The notes below the pieces were generated by a model. It saw nothing but the letters and a program-made list of their open reading frames with translations, searched no databases and was not told the DNA's origin. Positions 50,497 through 63,579 of a DNA stretch of 64,000 bases are shown here, piece after piece. Source of the DNA: Callorhinchus milii (Eukaryota); NCBI RefSeq assembly GCF_018977255.1, contig NW_024704742.1, positions 127,102,001-127,166,000 of the forward strand, read 5' to 3'. Made by a program: the position numbers and the translations under genes. How positions within the stretch are numbered: position 1 is the first letter of the stretch; each line of letters begins with the position of its first letter.

Positions 50497-50952
50497 GAAC
50501 CGTAGAAGTTTAGAGCACAAAAGAAGGCCTTTTGGCCCATTGTGTCTGTGCTGGTTCTTCTCAGAACAATCCTTTCAGTGCATTTTCCTGCGCTTTCTTC
50601 ATACTCCTTTTTAGGAGTTTGTTAGTCTGACTCCTTTTTAGGTGTTTATCTCGTCCTTTTTTAAGAGCTAATCTGAATCCTGACACAACCACCCTTCCCG
50701 GCAGGGCATTCCACGTCCCAACTACTCTGGAAAAAGATTTTCCTAATCTCCCCATTTGCTTGTTTTGATCACGATCTTAAATTGATGCCCTCTGGTCACT
50801 GACTCACTAGCCAGTGAAAATTTCTCCAGATTGACTCTATCAAACCCTTTATAATTTCAAAGACAACTATTAGGTTACCCTTCAACTTTTGATCCAATGG
50901 AAAAAATTCCCAATTCCTCCAGTCTCTGCTCGTAGGCCAAACCACTCATCCC
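50497..50952 (-). mobile_element. CR1 3' fragment (degenerate)
   Basis: ORF 50561..50755 SFSRVVGTWNALPGRVV; end agaaccgtagaag...gaaggccttttggcccattgtgtctgtgc. Confidence 0.8.
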
Positions 50953-52299
50953 GTTGAGTTTTTGTACTTCATTCAGTTCCAGATCGTGTAGTGCCAAGTT
51001 TCAGAATATCGATGCTACATTATGCATTGTAATCTTAAACAAAGACAAACATGTAGCACATTTATTGTGGTGGAATTGGCATGACATCACACATGCCATA
51101 CACAATACACAATAAATAAACATACATTGAGCATGTTGATTTATGCATATTTCATTGCACCATCCTGAATATTTAACTGTGGAGTCGTTGAATGTGAGAT
51201 TATACTTGATTTACAGCTTCACCTCCATTCTAAAAATCATTTGTCCTGTTCTTTTCAGCAATATTGTAGAAGTCAGCATTTTGTGAAAGCACTATGGGCC
51301 TTGGTTCTCCAACTTTTTTTCTCAATTTAAAAAAAAATAGTGAGCTGGGCTTCACATCCGCTTGCTGTGTTATTTTTAAAAACGACAAATTCTGAATTTT
51401 GCTTGCTTGGCTTATACATAGACCTTACTTTGTGTGTAGATTTTGCGAACTAATTTCAAAGCGCGCAGTAAGAATTGCAGTAGAATATGATTGGTCATGG
51501 TCTTTCCATGCATAATAGCTGAAAGAATTGGCTGAATGACACTTCAACCAGAATGCAAACTGAGACAAATCGAAAACATGATCAAAGCATGACGCTCTGT
51601 GTCAAATCCTATTGTTTTGGATTGCTGGGTGTTTGTAGAGCAGCCGTTTCTTTTTCCCATAGAAAGTTGCACAATTTAAAATTCTAAAAAAAATCATTGT
51701 AGAAATCCTGATTCCCTTTTCCAGAATAAAACCAGTTGAGGTATGATTCTTTGCAGAGTTCCCTATAAATATTGTTTTTATTTTTTCCTGGAGAGGTTGC
51801 TGAAATGCTTCCAAACTCTGTCTTAATAATTTTGCTCTGGCAGATGTTACAGATTTAGTTCTGTTGCATAGTTCTGACTTGTGCAGATTCTCACTGGTGA
51901 GCATCTGTTTATTTTATTTCACTTTGGAAGCTTTTTCGAAATAGACTTGCAAAAAGAGCTGTGAATATTTTAGTGTGAGTTACTGTATGTAATTTGAAGT
52001 TGGTATCCAAGCAGACATTATTACCTACTGTCACTGTTTTCTATTAACACTCCTATATTCTTCTTCATTTGTGGTCTATCAGTTTTTACTGATAATGATG
52101 CACAATAAACATTTCCAGATAAGTATTGCACCATAATATCAAAAACTCTTTTCTCCAGTTCAGTTCCTCTGTAATTCTTTCAGTTGACTGGACTGTATAG
52201 TCACAATTGGAATACAAACTATCACTTGTTCACTTGTACCACTGAATTTTGAGAGCAAAAATCACTAACCAGATTATTCTGTGTTCCCTTTACCATTAG

Positions 52300-52358
52300 A
52301 ATTCTTCGGATTGCATCAATGCTGGCAGAAGGTTAAAAAATGGATTGCGCTCAAAAAC
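52300..52358 (+). CDS. ATOSB: ATOSB coding exon 2 (NSSDCINAGRRLKNGLRSK-T)
   Basis: Acceptor ccctttaccattag|AAT; donor AC|GTAAGT; 59 nt, phase 0 to 2. Peptide resembles FAM214B 'DC...GRRLKG.R.K'. Confidence 0.88.
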
Positions 52359-54292
52359 GTAAGTGTACTTTACATTGTGTGTGGTTTAGCATTGCCAAAT
52401 CCGAGATTCGCTGTATTACCTTTCACTTTATGAAGGCTATGCTATTTTGGTTTACGTTACTGTAAGAGTCAAAATAAAATTGTTTCCATTTGTATATCAG
52501 CTATTTTCCACATTCAGCATGTCAACTCAGGAGAGTTTAGGCAATTAGAGGTTGCCTGTTCTTTGTGCCTTGAGTCAGAACTCTGCCTTCTGTTTGCATT
52601 TTCTCTATCCTTTCCTCTTCTTTCTCCCTTCCCATGTAAAAATAGGATATTTCTGTCATCACCACCTGGACTGTTAATTCAAGTGAGCAAATGCTACTTT
52701 ATTTTTTCCTCTCTCCTCCCCCACCTTCTCTATCTCTCTCTTTCTTTCCCCCCTCCACAGGAGACTAGATTCCAGTTTAGAGATTCAACTAAAATGCATC
52801 AAGAATGATTTAGCCTGGAAATGCTAGCTTCAAAATCTGTGTAATCTGGCTTTTCCTACAACCAATCACAACTGACTTGTTATAAGACTCCAAATTCACA
52901 TAAGTGTAAATTTTATTGTGGTTCAGAATAGACATGTAGCTTTGCTATTGAGCATTAATACACTTTGGGTCTTTCTATGGTTGTTCGAAAAGAAAGAAAC
53001 TGGCCGAGTAGCATTTGAAAGAAGCAGCTTTGGGTATTATTGCGTAAATCTAAATCTTATTTTGAACAGAATCCAATGATCTTCGTTCAAATTGACCTTT
53101 GAATTGAATAATGAATCAATCAGATTTATCGTGCCTCAGGTGACAATTGATTCTCAAACACTGCATACGGTATCCAGATCAATAGTACAAGTATCTCATT
53201 TGTGGGGCTTCCCTCCAAATGTTCTCCAATCGGAGTCGCCCCTCTTGGATATGAAATACAGTAGGTCTCTGAAATTTCATCCAAGTTGCTGTTCATTTGC
53301 AAGTCAATATTTTGAGCAAGCCATTTTGAGTGTTCGAAAGGCCATATCAATAATATCAATAATATGATCCCAACCCTGAACCTGCCCTTGCTCAGTGCCC
53401 ACGCATAAATAATTCTACAGAAGATTCCACATTGCTTTTTGCTGTTATTGCACTGAATTTCTTTAGATATTCTTGAGTGTAAAGATGATCTTAACATTTT
53501 GAAGTGAGTTTTTAAATGGAGTTTATTCAGTTCTTGGAGCTATATGTGCTAGTCTATTTTATTGGTTAACTAATTAACCTTAGTAATTAACCTTGCGGTT
53601 TTATATATCAACCTTTTGTTCATCTGTAAAATGTCAGTGATATTTACTGAATCGTGTTTCTTTAACATTTCCCCAGAGCCTCTATTGAAACACAGTTTAA
53701 AAGTTAAAGGATTTCCTTTTTTTATCAATAAGTAAAGAATGGTTATAAATTAATGGGTACACAATACACTGAACATTTTTTATAGTAATTGATAGAACAT
53801 TGTCAGCATTCTCCCTTACATTGCTTTCTGAGAAATCAATTAACCATAGAACCATAGAAATGTACAGCACAGGAGATGGCCATACAGCCCATTGAGTCTG
53901 TCTGCTCCCTCGAGCAATGTTTTCAGTCCCAGGAAGCAGAATGTACTTAGACCCCTGTTGCAGCTTTCATGTTTTTCTGTGTTATCGCTTAAAGTAACCT
54001 CCTTGCCACATAAAGTTCCTGCAAGTTGTCCCTCCCCTCCCCGTCATGCTACCCTATTATCACTTCTTGAAACATACTGACTAGAATTGTGCAAGTGATG
54101 TCTTTGTTTTCTGCAATTGTGCAAGCTGCACTTCTGCCTATCCGCTTATCTTTGAGTACATCCCCAGTAGTTAACTATGTAGTAGTTTTACAGTGTGCTG
54201 GATTTTACATGGTTGGTTGGCATGTTACTTTGCAAGAAGACTGATATTACCAGAAACTTAGATAAATAAATTGATTTACAATGTGGCATAAA

Positions 54293-56522
54293 TACCATCC
54301 CCCCAAGCCTTCCCCCACCTTCCTCTCGGACATCTCCACTCTCCTATCTTCCCTCTCCCTCTACTCTGAACGCCTCCTTATCTTAGGTGACTTCAACCTC
54401 CACTTCACCCCCTCCTGCTCTACCTCTGCCGACTTCTCCTCCAGTCCTCTTTTCCCTCAACCTCTCCCTCCTCATCCACTCCCTCACTCACGACCGTGGC
54501 CACCCCCTTGACTTGGTGATCACCCGGGGCCTAACCATCTCGGACATCACCATTGTCGATAAAGCCATCTCAGACCACCACTTCATCTCCCTCAACACCT
54601 CAGTACCCCTTCCCCTTTCCCAACCCTCCACCATTACATACCGTCCATGGAAAAAAATGTCTTCCCTCTCCATTATCCTGGAGTCATCTGAATTCCTACA
54701 CCTCTGGCCCTCACTGACCGATCTTCCCTCCTCATTCTCCTTTCTCTACAACTCCCTCTCCTCCATTCTGGACTCACTTGCCCCCATCACCTCCCAAACT
54801 GCCTCATACTCCCATAAATCCCCCTGGTACACCAGCCATCTCCTTTCCCTCAAGGCACAAGTACGAGCTGCCGAACACTCCTGGACCAAATCCAAACTAA
54901 CAGTCCATCAGCAGATTTGGCTTCACCAAGATATACCAATGCGCTCTTGTCTCCGCCAAATCCTCCTTCTACTCCAAGGTTATCTTGGAAGCAAAGGACA
55001 ACCCCAGGGTTCTCTTTTCCACCACTAATCGTCTCCTCCGTCCACCTTCCCACGCCTCGCCCATCCTCTCCTCAAGCTCCCAACTGTGAGGAGATGCTGG
55101 ACTTCCTCGAATCTAAAATCGAGGGGATACGTTCAGCCACCTCAGCCCCATCCACAACCATCCCCACATCACGTCTCCCTCATGACCCACCCCCCACCCA
55201 TCCCCCCTACATTCCTTCGATCCTAACTCTCCCTCCTCCCTCACCACAAATGTCCGCAAACTCAAACCCACCACCTGCTCCCTCGATCCCATCCCCACCT
55301 CTCTCTTCATCTCCCAGCTCCACCTTCTGGCCCCTCTCCTGTCCAATGTCATCAACCTCTCTTTGTCCACTGGTTCAGTTCCCACACCCCTAAAAACAAC
55401 CGTCATCACCCCCATCTTGAAAAAACCTTCCCTGGATCCATCCCTCCTCTCCATCTACCGCCCCATCTCTAACCTCCCATTCCTCTCCAAGGTCCTGGAA
55501 CGAGTCGTCGCGTCCCAGCTCCGCTCCTTTCTCTCTCGCCATTCCCTCTTGTATGTGGATGACACCCAACTCTATCTTTCTGCCTCCACCCTCAACTCCA
55601 GGACCACTGCTGTCCTGACAGACTGCCTGTTGGACATCAAATCCTGGATGAGAGCAAATTTCCTACAGTTGAATGTGAACAAGACTGAGGCCCTCCTGAT
55701 TGGCTTGTGCCAGCGCCTCTGCACCTCAGGCTCTGGCAGCATCAACCTCCATGTTGCACACTACAGCTCACCAAGCCAGTCAGGAACCAAGGTGTCCTGT
55801 TCGACCCTCAACTGTCTTTTCTCCCCCACATTCAAGAAATGACCCGCTTTACCTTCCCTCACCTCCGTAACATCACCTGACTTCACCACTACCTCACCCC
55901 TCAGGCCGCTGAAACTCTTGTTCATGCCTTCATCACCTCCAGACTCGACTATGCAAACGCGCTGCTTGTCGGCCTTCCCAACTCCCCCCTCCACAGGCTG
56001 CAGATAATCCAGAGCTCTGCAGCCCGTGTCCTCTCCCGCACCAAACTCCGTGACCCCATCTCCCCCACTCTCGCCCAACTCCACTGGCTTCCTATCCTTC
56101 AGAGGATCCAGTTTAATATCCTGGTCTTCACATACAAAGCCCTCCATGGCCTCACCCCACCCTACCTCTGTGACCTCCTAACTCCCTATCAACCCACCCA
56201 CTCCCTCCACTCAGCCGGCTCTGGCCTGCTCCACATCCCCCGACCCACCCACCCCATCGTTGGTGGGAGAGCCTTCAGCCACTCTGCCCCCAATCTCTGG
56301 AATTCCATCCCCCGGGTCACTCCGCCTTGCCCCCTCCTTAGCCTCCTTCAAGTCCCGCCTCAAGACCCTCCTCTTCGACCATGCCATCAGCCACCCCCCT
56401 TCCCCTCCCCTCCCTTCCCCCCTCCCAACCCCAGCTCAGGTCTGAAATGCTGTACACTGTCCAGCACCTTGGGATGTCCTCCTGATGTGAAAAGCGCTAT
56501 ACAAATGTAATCTTGTTGTTGT
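54293..56522 (+). mobile_element. L2-clade LINE: partial APE endonuclease plus internally deleted RT and intact 3' tail, in ATOSB intron
   Basis: YHPPK...LILGDFNLH, THDRGHPLDLVITRG, ISDHHFI (APE motifs); YRPISNLPFLSKVLERVV joined directly to YVDDTQLY at ~55551; tail gtgaaaagcgctatacaaatgtaatcttgttgttgt. Confidence 0.93.
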
Positions 56523-56894
56523 AAAAACTAATCGTGCTGCCAGCACAATCTGCTATTACTGTCAAAATAAGTTAATTTTAAACAAATTAACTGTTTATAT
56601 AATCAGTTCTATCTTGTCCTTCAAAGCAGTTGTGAACATAAATTTGATATTCCTTTTTTTTAAAAATCCATGAAATCCCTTCCTTGTAGCTTATTCCTTA
56701 TTTAATGTTTAAGTGGAATTTGTCTGATAAATGGAACACAAGCTCTCTTCTTACGTGAAACTTGAGTTCTTAAATAAAAATATTACATAGTGAAACAGAT
56801 TTTTCTTTAGGAGAGATTGTGAGCAATCTAAAGATGATCTCATTCGTATTTGCCCAAAGAAGTACTTCTGTAATGTTTTCTTATAACCAAATGA

Positions 56895-57150
56895 CTTGCC
56901 AGGCCATTTCAGAGGGTGTTAAAGAATCACATATTGTGGGACTGGAGTTGTGTGTAGGTCAGATCAGGTGAAAGGCATATTTCTTTCCCTAAAGGACATG
57001 AGTGAACCAGTTGTGTTAATACAATCATCTAGCAGGTTTATGACTATTTTTCTCGCTCAGATTATCTTCAAATTTTCTAAAATAAATTAAGCAAATGTCT
57101 TAGGGGAATTGAAACCCATGACTGTTGGGTCGTTTGTCCAATAACTTTGA
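56895..57150 (-). mobile_element. V-SINE (HE1-like) remnant
   Basis: Reverse complement ctggttcactcatgtcctttagggaaagaaatatgcc...cctacacacaactccagtcccaca...ccctctgaaatggcc resembles the V-domain as I recall it. Confidence 0.7.
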
Positions 57151-57179
57151 TTGTCCTTCAGCTCCCTTGATTTCATTCT

Positions 57180-57760
57180 TCCAGAATGAAAACCCAACCA
57201 TCTTGGCGATCTGTTCTAGATGTTACTTATGCTGTGTAAATAAATAGTTTCTGGTATCTGTCCTAAAATTACCCTTCTCAACCTTGAACCTGTGCTATTA
57301 TGTTCAATTCCCTTGCGTATCTCAAAAGTATTGGTCTGGTTTCACTTTCTCACACTCAGTTAGCATCTTATATTTCCTATAGTTCACTCTGGGACGTCTC
57401 TTCAAGGTTGAAATGGGGTACCCAATTTATCCATTCTCATAGGTCATCCCTCTGTTAATGCAGATTATCCTTGTTAACTTTCCTCTGCTCTGCCTTTGGG
57501 GCCTGTCAGTCCTCTTATGTTGCAGTGACCAAAACTGTGTGCTATTCTCTTAGTGGAGTCTAACCAGAGCATGACTTCTAAGGATTTGAACTCAATTGAT
57601 TTGGCAGTTTTGCCCAGCATCCTGTTGACATGATCCGTCAACTAAACCTCTTCATTTCCACTTTATTCCCTGTCTGTGAAGTATATGTGCCTCCTATTTT
57701 TACCTCTTAAATGGAGCTTCTTGCATATATCTGTATTGAACTTCGTTTACCTGTCTTCAG
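57180..57760 (-). mobile_element. Ancient CR1 fragment
   Basis: gaccaaaactgtgtgctattctcttagtggagtctaaccagag resembles the CR1 LVRP.LEY..QFWS region on the minus strand. Confidence 0.55.
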
Positions 57761-59552
57761 CATATCTTGTTAAGCTATCTTTGTTAAAACTTGAGTGTCG
57801 TCCAATTCTACAGTTCTGCTAACTAATATGAGAATTTTAATTTACATTGTGCCTTTCGTGTCATAAGGGTGTCTCAAAGTGCTTCACAGTGCTGATTGGA
57901 AGGGGAAATGGCACCAACAGCACAATCAAAGAGGTACCTTTTTGAGACATGCCTCAATCGACTGAAATGAGCCACCCAGGCTAATGCCCTTCAAATGTAT
58001 TCTTTCACTTGCTAGGACTTGGCATAGTTTCTATCCCTTCCTGTGATAATGCAACTCGGGTCAATAACGCACAATATGGGAATCATTCGCATGAAGCAAG
58101 ACCTACTGCTCTCTGACACAGATAATTGGCACTCTAATGTACGGCGTGACTGTGCAAGACAGATGGCACAAACGTTATTAGAGCTGGCCGCTTAACATTT
58201 GACCTACTGATTTCTCAGATATTGCCACTGCTATCAGATAGTGTCAGTGGAAATGTTTTATTTGACTGCCCTCGAATAAGTGACCACCGACAAAAAAAAA
58301 AAGGTTACTAAAGGTCAATTCCGTTGCCACAAACAAACGCTCAAATGAAGATCTTCTGCTCCAGGAATAGAGAATCCTGTACCATGATTGCTCCAGGATT
58401 TTGCTCATACACTCACCCCATCCTCAGTTTCTGGGGCAGAAAGATGAAAGAAATTGAACCGGGAGGAAAAAACAGTAATTCTGTAGCTCTGGAATATAAA
58501 CATGTATTATTGGAAGTGCTCAGAAAATCAAATTAGCATCTTAGAAGGAAACCTTAGTTAATATTTTAGTTCCATAAGCAAGTGGGGCAAATATAAAATT
58601 GATTTAGCAGTGACACAGACACGATGGGCTTATTGCCCTCTTCTGTGCAGAAAATTCCTCAATCTATGTCTGACCCTGAAACCGATCTTCTTTGGAGTTG
58701 TGTCTCCAACATCTGCTATACTACGTTCTCCCCAAAAAATCCTTCATAACATTTGCTCAACGGTTTGTTGATGAGAAAGAGAAGCCAAATAACCAGGAGG
58801 CACCACTACAGATAATTGACATCAGTATGATCAAAGGAGAGCTGCTGGGTGAAGGATTTTCAATGGAAAATGTTTTGGTTCCAGGATAGGGATGATCTCA
58901 CTTAGTGTGAAACCTCTGGAAAATCTTTAAAGGTAGTGTCAAATGCAGTTCCAAGCAACAGAAATGGTGCCAATGTCTCATAGTCTGGTTAAAATGGTTC
59001 AATAGGGATCATCCTTATGTTGGTTTTGCTGACTTATTGTGTGGAGGACAACATTTATTAAGTATACTGTGCATCATTAGGTCTTTAGATTTAACCAATT
59101 CAGAAATCATTGCCTGGTTGGAAAAGTGTCTATCGTAAACTTTAAGGGAACACAGTTGTAACCTTCACACGCAAAGTGATGTCAGAATCAATCTGACAAT
59201 ATGAAGTTGACTGACTTTGACCTAATGGACGCAGAGGACTGAGTTATCAGGGGTTGTCTTGTGCCAAGTATCTTTCCCTTCAGCTCTTGGTTTAACTAAT
59301 TCTAAATTGTTAGTTTATTTCTGTATTTACTGTTTAGGTAACCGTACATTGAAAAGCAAACCGTAACAGAGGCTGAAACTTTTTATTTGACTTATTTAGC
59401 TCTGAGCCAGATAGTGGGTCAAATAAACATCGTCTTACATTGCAGTACTGCCTTCCCAGCATTCACTGTCAATGAGGGAAGCCCCACAAAGGAATATTTG
59501 CTAAGTTTAAAACGTAAAATGCAACTTGATGTGATCTATTTTATATCTTCAG

Positions 59553-59652
59553 GAGATCTCTATGCAGTGCATTTGGGGGAGAATCCAGCAAGTTTTCGTC
59601 AAGTTCCAGCGCCTCTCCTTCTGTTAGCCGTTCTTTGCTTGGCAACTTTGAG
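59553..59652 (+). CDS. ATOSB: ATOSB coding exon 3 (RSLCSAFGGESSKFSSSSSASPSVSRSLLGNFE)
   Basis: Acceptor atatcttcag|G completes the ACG codon from the previous exon; donor GAG|GTAAAC; 100 nt. Ends in the conserved FAM214 'SRxLLGNFE' motif. Confidence 0.93.
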
Positions 59653-59956
59653 GTAAACTTCTATTATATCAGCATGATAGATCTTGTAACTATGCATCAG
59701 TCGTGCTGTGATGATCAACATGCGTTTGATCAAAACTAACAAACCAGTTGTTGATTTCTAAAAAAAAACTTCAACTTAACTTTTACAATGTTATAAATTC
59801 ACACCATTCAAATGAAAGGCAATTTGCAAAGGTGCAGGAATAGGGTGGAGGGGTAGAGAATCTGGATCAGTAACCTACAAGAATGAAATGCATCCTTTTT
59901 GATATGCACACTGTACTGTAATTTACATTTCACTTGAGACATTTATTTGGTTCTAG

Positions 59957-60115
59957 GAGTCGCTGCTAAAAGGAAGATTTGCACCATCGGGAAGAATTGA
60001 AGGTTTTACAGCGGAACTGGGAGCGAGTGGATCATACTGCCCGCAGCATGTGACATTACCTGTGGACGTGTCTTATTATAACATTTCAGAGCACAGTGCG
60101 CCATCACCGTTCCTG
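59957..60115 (+). CDS. ATOSB: ATOSB coding exon 4, conserved Atos/DUF4210 region (ESLLKGRFAPSGRIEGFTAELGASGSYCPQHVTLPVDVSYYNISEHSAPSPFL)
   Basis: Acceptor ttctag|GAG; donor CTG|GTAAGA; 159 nt = 53 codons. Near-identical to the FAM214B 'ESLLRGRFAPSGHIEGFTAEIGASGSYCPQHVTLPV' block as I recall it. Confidence 0.96.
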
Positions 60116-60539
60116 GTAAGAGGAAAAACATGAAAATTGGAGTAAACATAAGATATTAAATTCGCAATTCATATTCGTACATATTGAATCCTACTGGTAA
60201 CCAAATGTCATTCACACCAGCTGCTGGAAACTCCAGGGATGAGATCTCAATTGAAATGTGTTGGGGTGGACAAACTAAATGTTGTCATGTACATTGAGTT
60301 TCTTGTGTGAATTCATGCAAAAATCTATTGCATTTTAAACCCCACTGTTTATAATCCATCACCAACTGGTGACTCCTCCTTGGGGGCGGTGGGTGTGGGG
60401 CTTGTTCAGTTGTGTCTCTTTGAAGTTGAGTTAGTTCCAAGGTGACCTGCCTGTCAATGGAAGATCTGAATCGAGTTAATCCTCAATGGGAGTCTCTGCA
60501 GGACACCACAGGGCACTGTTTATGATGGACCAGTTAACC

Positions 60540-61010
60540 TGGTTTGTTTCCAGATATTTGAGGAACTGTCAAGTCATTGGGGGCTGGGAATCCTTCCCCT
60601 TATCTCGTGATAACTCTGCAAGCCAAAGCCTTGTTTAGGTAGGGTGGCATTAACTGCAAATGCTGCAGGTAGATTACCATAATGGTACTCTCAGCAGTTT
60701 TAGTTGGGTAACCTCCTCAGTGTACCGTGCTGCCCCTGAACTTTGCTCTTGCCAATTTGATCCTAAATTCTCCCTAAAGTTTGGTAAACTGGTTTCGTCA
60801 GTTTGGTCAGCCAGGTGTCTGAAACTTGCTGAGATCCATCACCATGCTTAAGAGTATGCAAACCAGACTGAGTTCCACCTATGTATGTCACAAGACTGGC
60901 TGCTCTGTCTTCAGCTGTGCCTTGGAGTACTGCAGACGTGCCTTTCTCAGGAACCAGACTACTGAGATCATCATCAAGGCTTGGCTTGATTCTGTCATTC
61001 CGTTGCCAAG
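60540..61010. repeat. Unclassified interspersed repeat, rearranged copy
   Basis: ~60800-61010 matches the start and end of copy 32245-32870 in forward orientation; ~60590-60790 matches its middle in reverse orientation. Confidence 0.6.
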
Positions 61011-62514
61011 TGTGTGAGCGTGTAGCATACCCAGAATATAATGTATAATATAATTGCCTTTAGCTATTTATTTAAACTTTTTTTTGAAAAAAACTGAATG
61101 TTGTCATGTATATTGAGTTTCTTGTGCGAATTCATGCATAAATCTCTCTTTTAAGGATAATGCATTATGGTAGATATTAATGTATCGCATATACTGAGGT
61201 ACAGTTTCCTTTTGTTGAAAGCACAGCCAATAACTATTGGGGTATATTTAGCAATAGCCCGTGCTGCTTTCAACAGCAATGGCAATGTCATGATGTCTGT
61301 AGAAGCCAAACACAGCTAACATTCCCTGAAGGAATTTGCATTCTTCATTTTATTATCACAATTATTCTTTGCACTTTTTAAAGATCACATGCTTGCTTTA
61401 TTTTTAATGAACTCCAAAGTTGTACTTTTCTTGAACCTCCTGTTTACTCCAATTTTGGAATTTTCTGGTTTGCGTTAGTGTGCAGAACTGACATTATCCC
61501 ATTGTTTGATCATACATTTGTAATAATAATAATCCATGCATTTGATAAAGTGCCTTATCACGTCGACAAGACGCTTCACAGAATATTTGTGATACTTGGA
61601 CTTAAACCTTGTAATTTATTCAACCAAATATCTACATGATGGACATAATCCTGTCTCCTTATCAACATGAAATGATTCAAATTTTAACCAAACATTACAG
61701 AAAATTATTTAGTTTTTAAGAAATATTGCTTCTGGAAATGTTCTGTCTCCTGTGTCTTGTGAATGTTATCAAATGTTAATGCGTTCCTGATGTTATAGGA
61801 TTGTTAGCAAATCTGGAACTGTCCTCGGCAACCTCAGGACTTTAATTTTTAAAATTGTTTTAACTTGATGGTGAATATTATGCGCCATTTCTTTCAATGC
61901 GCCAAAGAAACTGGTGCTGAATTTCACCTCTTGCAGTGTTTGGCTAGCTAATTGTACAATACAAAATTATATTTGTATAGCGTCTTTCATGTCGGGAAGA
62001 TGTCCCAAGGCGCTGGTATAATTGTATAATAATTGATTCAAGTCCAAGAGGTAAACACAGGTGTGGATTGGAATTTACAACCATGTGATGTACCAGCCTG
62101 TGTGAGATATAAGAATCTTAATAGGAAGGACTGGATATTTTGGCCAATGAGACACTTTTCATGACTGATTGTGGCGTTTTCATCACTATATTGTGTACTT
62201 GGGAAAGAAGAAACCCTTTGATACGTTTAAATTCATATTGGCACTTTGAAAAGAATAATTACCTGTTTGCTGATCAGTGTAATTCTTGTTGACAACAAAA
62301 AAATTACGTTTATGTAGAGGCTTTCATGTCGGGAGGATGTCCCAAGGGAGAGAATTTTATCTGGTGCCCTAGCCAAACAATCCCCCAAATAAAATTGGTC
62401 ACTCACTTCATTGCTGTTTGTGGGGCATTGCCGTGCACAAATTGGCTGCTGCATTTCCCTACAAATACACACTACACTACAATAAAATCCTGTGAAGTGC
62501 TTTGAGACGTTTCA

Positions 62515-62789
62515 ATGAGAGACCCGGGTTCAGTTCCCAGCAGGGTGAAACCTTGGGCAAATTTCCTTACTCCACACACCTGATAATAACCCCTCAAGAA
62601 AAAAAAGCAATAACAATTTGGTCACTCAATCCACAACTGTTTGTGGGACACTGCTGTGCGCAATTGGCTGCCGCGTTTCACCCACAAATATACAGTCAAT
62701 TCACTTTACAGTATATTCTGTGAAGCATTTTGAGAAGTCTAGAAGACGTGAAAAGCACTAGATCAAATGCAAGGATTATTATTATTATT
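62515..62789 (+). mobile_element. tRNA-derived SINE (short variant, head truncated), preceded by a minus-strand Deu-type SINE remnant (~62290-62465)
   Basis: gagagacccgggttcagttcccagcagggtgaaaccttgggcaa...tgcaaggattattattattatt. Confidence 0.85.
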
Positions 62790-62822
62790 GAACTTTGCTG
62801 TCCTTTTTATTTTCCAATTTAG

Positions 62823-62891
62823 GGTGTGATAAATCTGGAATCGTTGGGAAAGAAGGGTTACAACATCCCCAAAGCAGGAACCATCCAAGTG
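62823..62891 (+). CDS. ATOSB: ATOSB coding exon 5 (GVINLESLGKKGYNIPKAGTIQV); gene continues beyond the window
   Basis: Acceptor tttccaatttag|GGT; donor GTG|GTGAGT; 69 nt = 23 codons. Matches FAM214B 'GIVDLNPLGRKGYSVPKVGTIQV'. Confidence 0.94.
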
Positions 62892-63533
62892 GTGAGTGTG
62901 TTTGGGTCATAACTACACCTTTTATTCTAAGGATAATTACAAAACATACACATGTTCAGATTTAATTTTTTGTTTGTTTTTCAGTCTAAGCGCATGATAG
63001 TTTTCCTTAAATATTTCCTGAAATGTTAACAGCCTGAATTTTAAAAGTGAAGTTTCACCAGCACAGACTCGATGCACCAAGTGGCCTCCATCTGTGCTAT
63101 AATTTCTATGAATTTTTCTTAAATTATAAATTGGACTGCTCTTTATTAGCCTCATTTCTGCCTGTATGTATGTACATTACAATGATCAATTCTTGCATTT
63201 GATAAAGAGTGTTTCACATCAGGAGGACACCTCAGATACCATCATGAGATTTACTGTTAAGTGTAGTGACTGTGTATATTGTAAGTTCATGATTATTATT
63301 TACCTGATCTGGTTTATACGCAACTCTGACCTTCTGCACTCTTCTTCCCTCCCCTCCCCCCATCCCCATTCAGCTCCACATACTATACGTGTAAGCATGA
63401 CATCTCCTGACCAGCCCAAATGTTTGGGTTCTTGCCGTTTGCTGATACACTTTACACCAGTTGTCCCAGCAAGAGTGCCCCATTTTTAATACATGGTTTC
63501 AACCTTTTAGAATGACCCTCACCGCCCCCCCCA

Positions 63534-63579
63534 ACACACACACACACCACACACAAACATAAACACACACACACACACA
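63534..63579 (+). repeat. Imperfect (CA)n microsatellite
   Basis: acacacacacacaccacacacaaacataaacacacacacacacac. Confidence 0.9.

Noticed and set aside
53092..53497. Overlapping 91-aa and 123-aa ORFs in ATOSB intron
   Set aside because: No recognisable protein motifs or supporting splice structure; consistent with chance ORFs.
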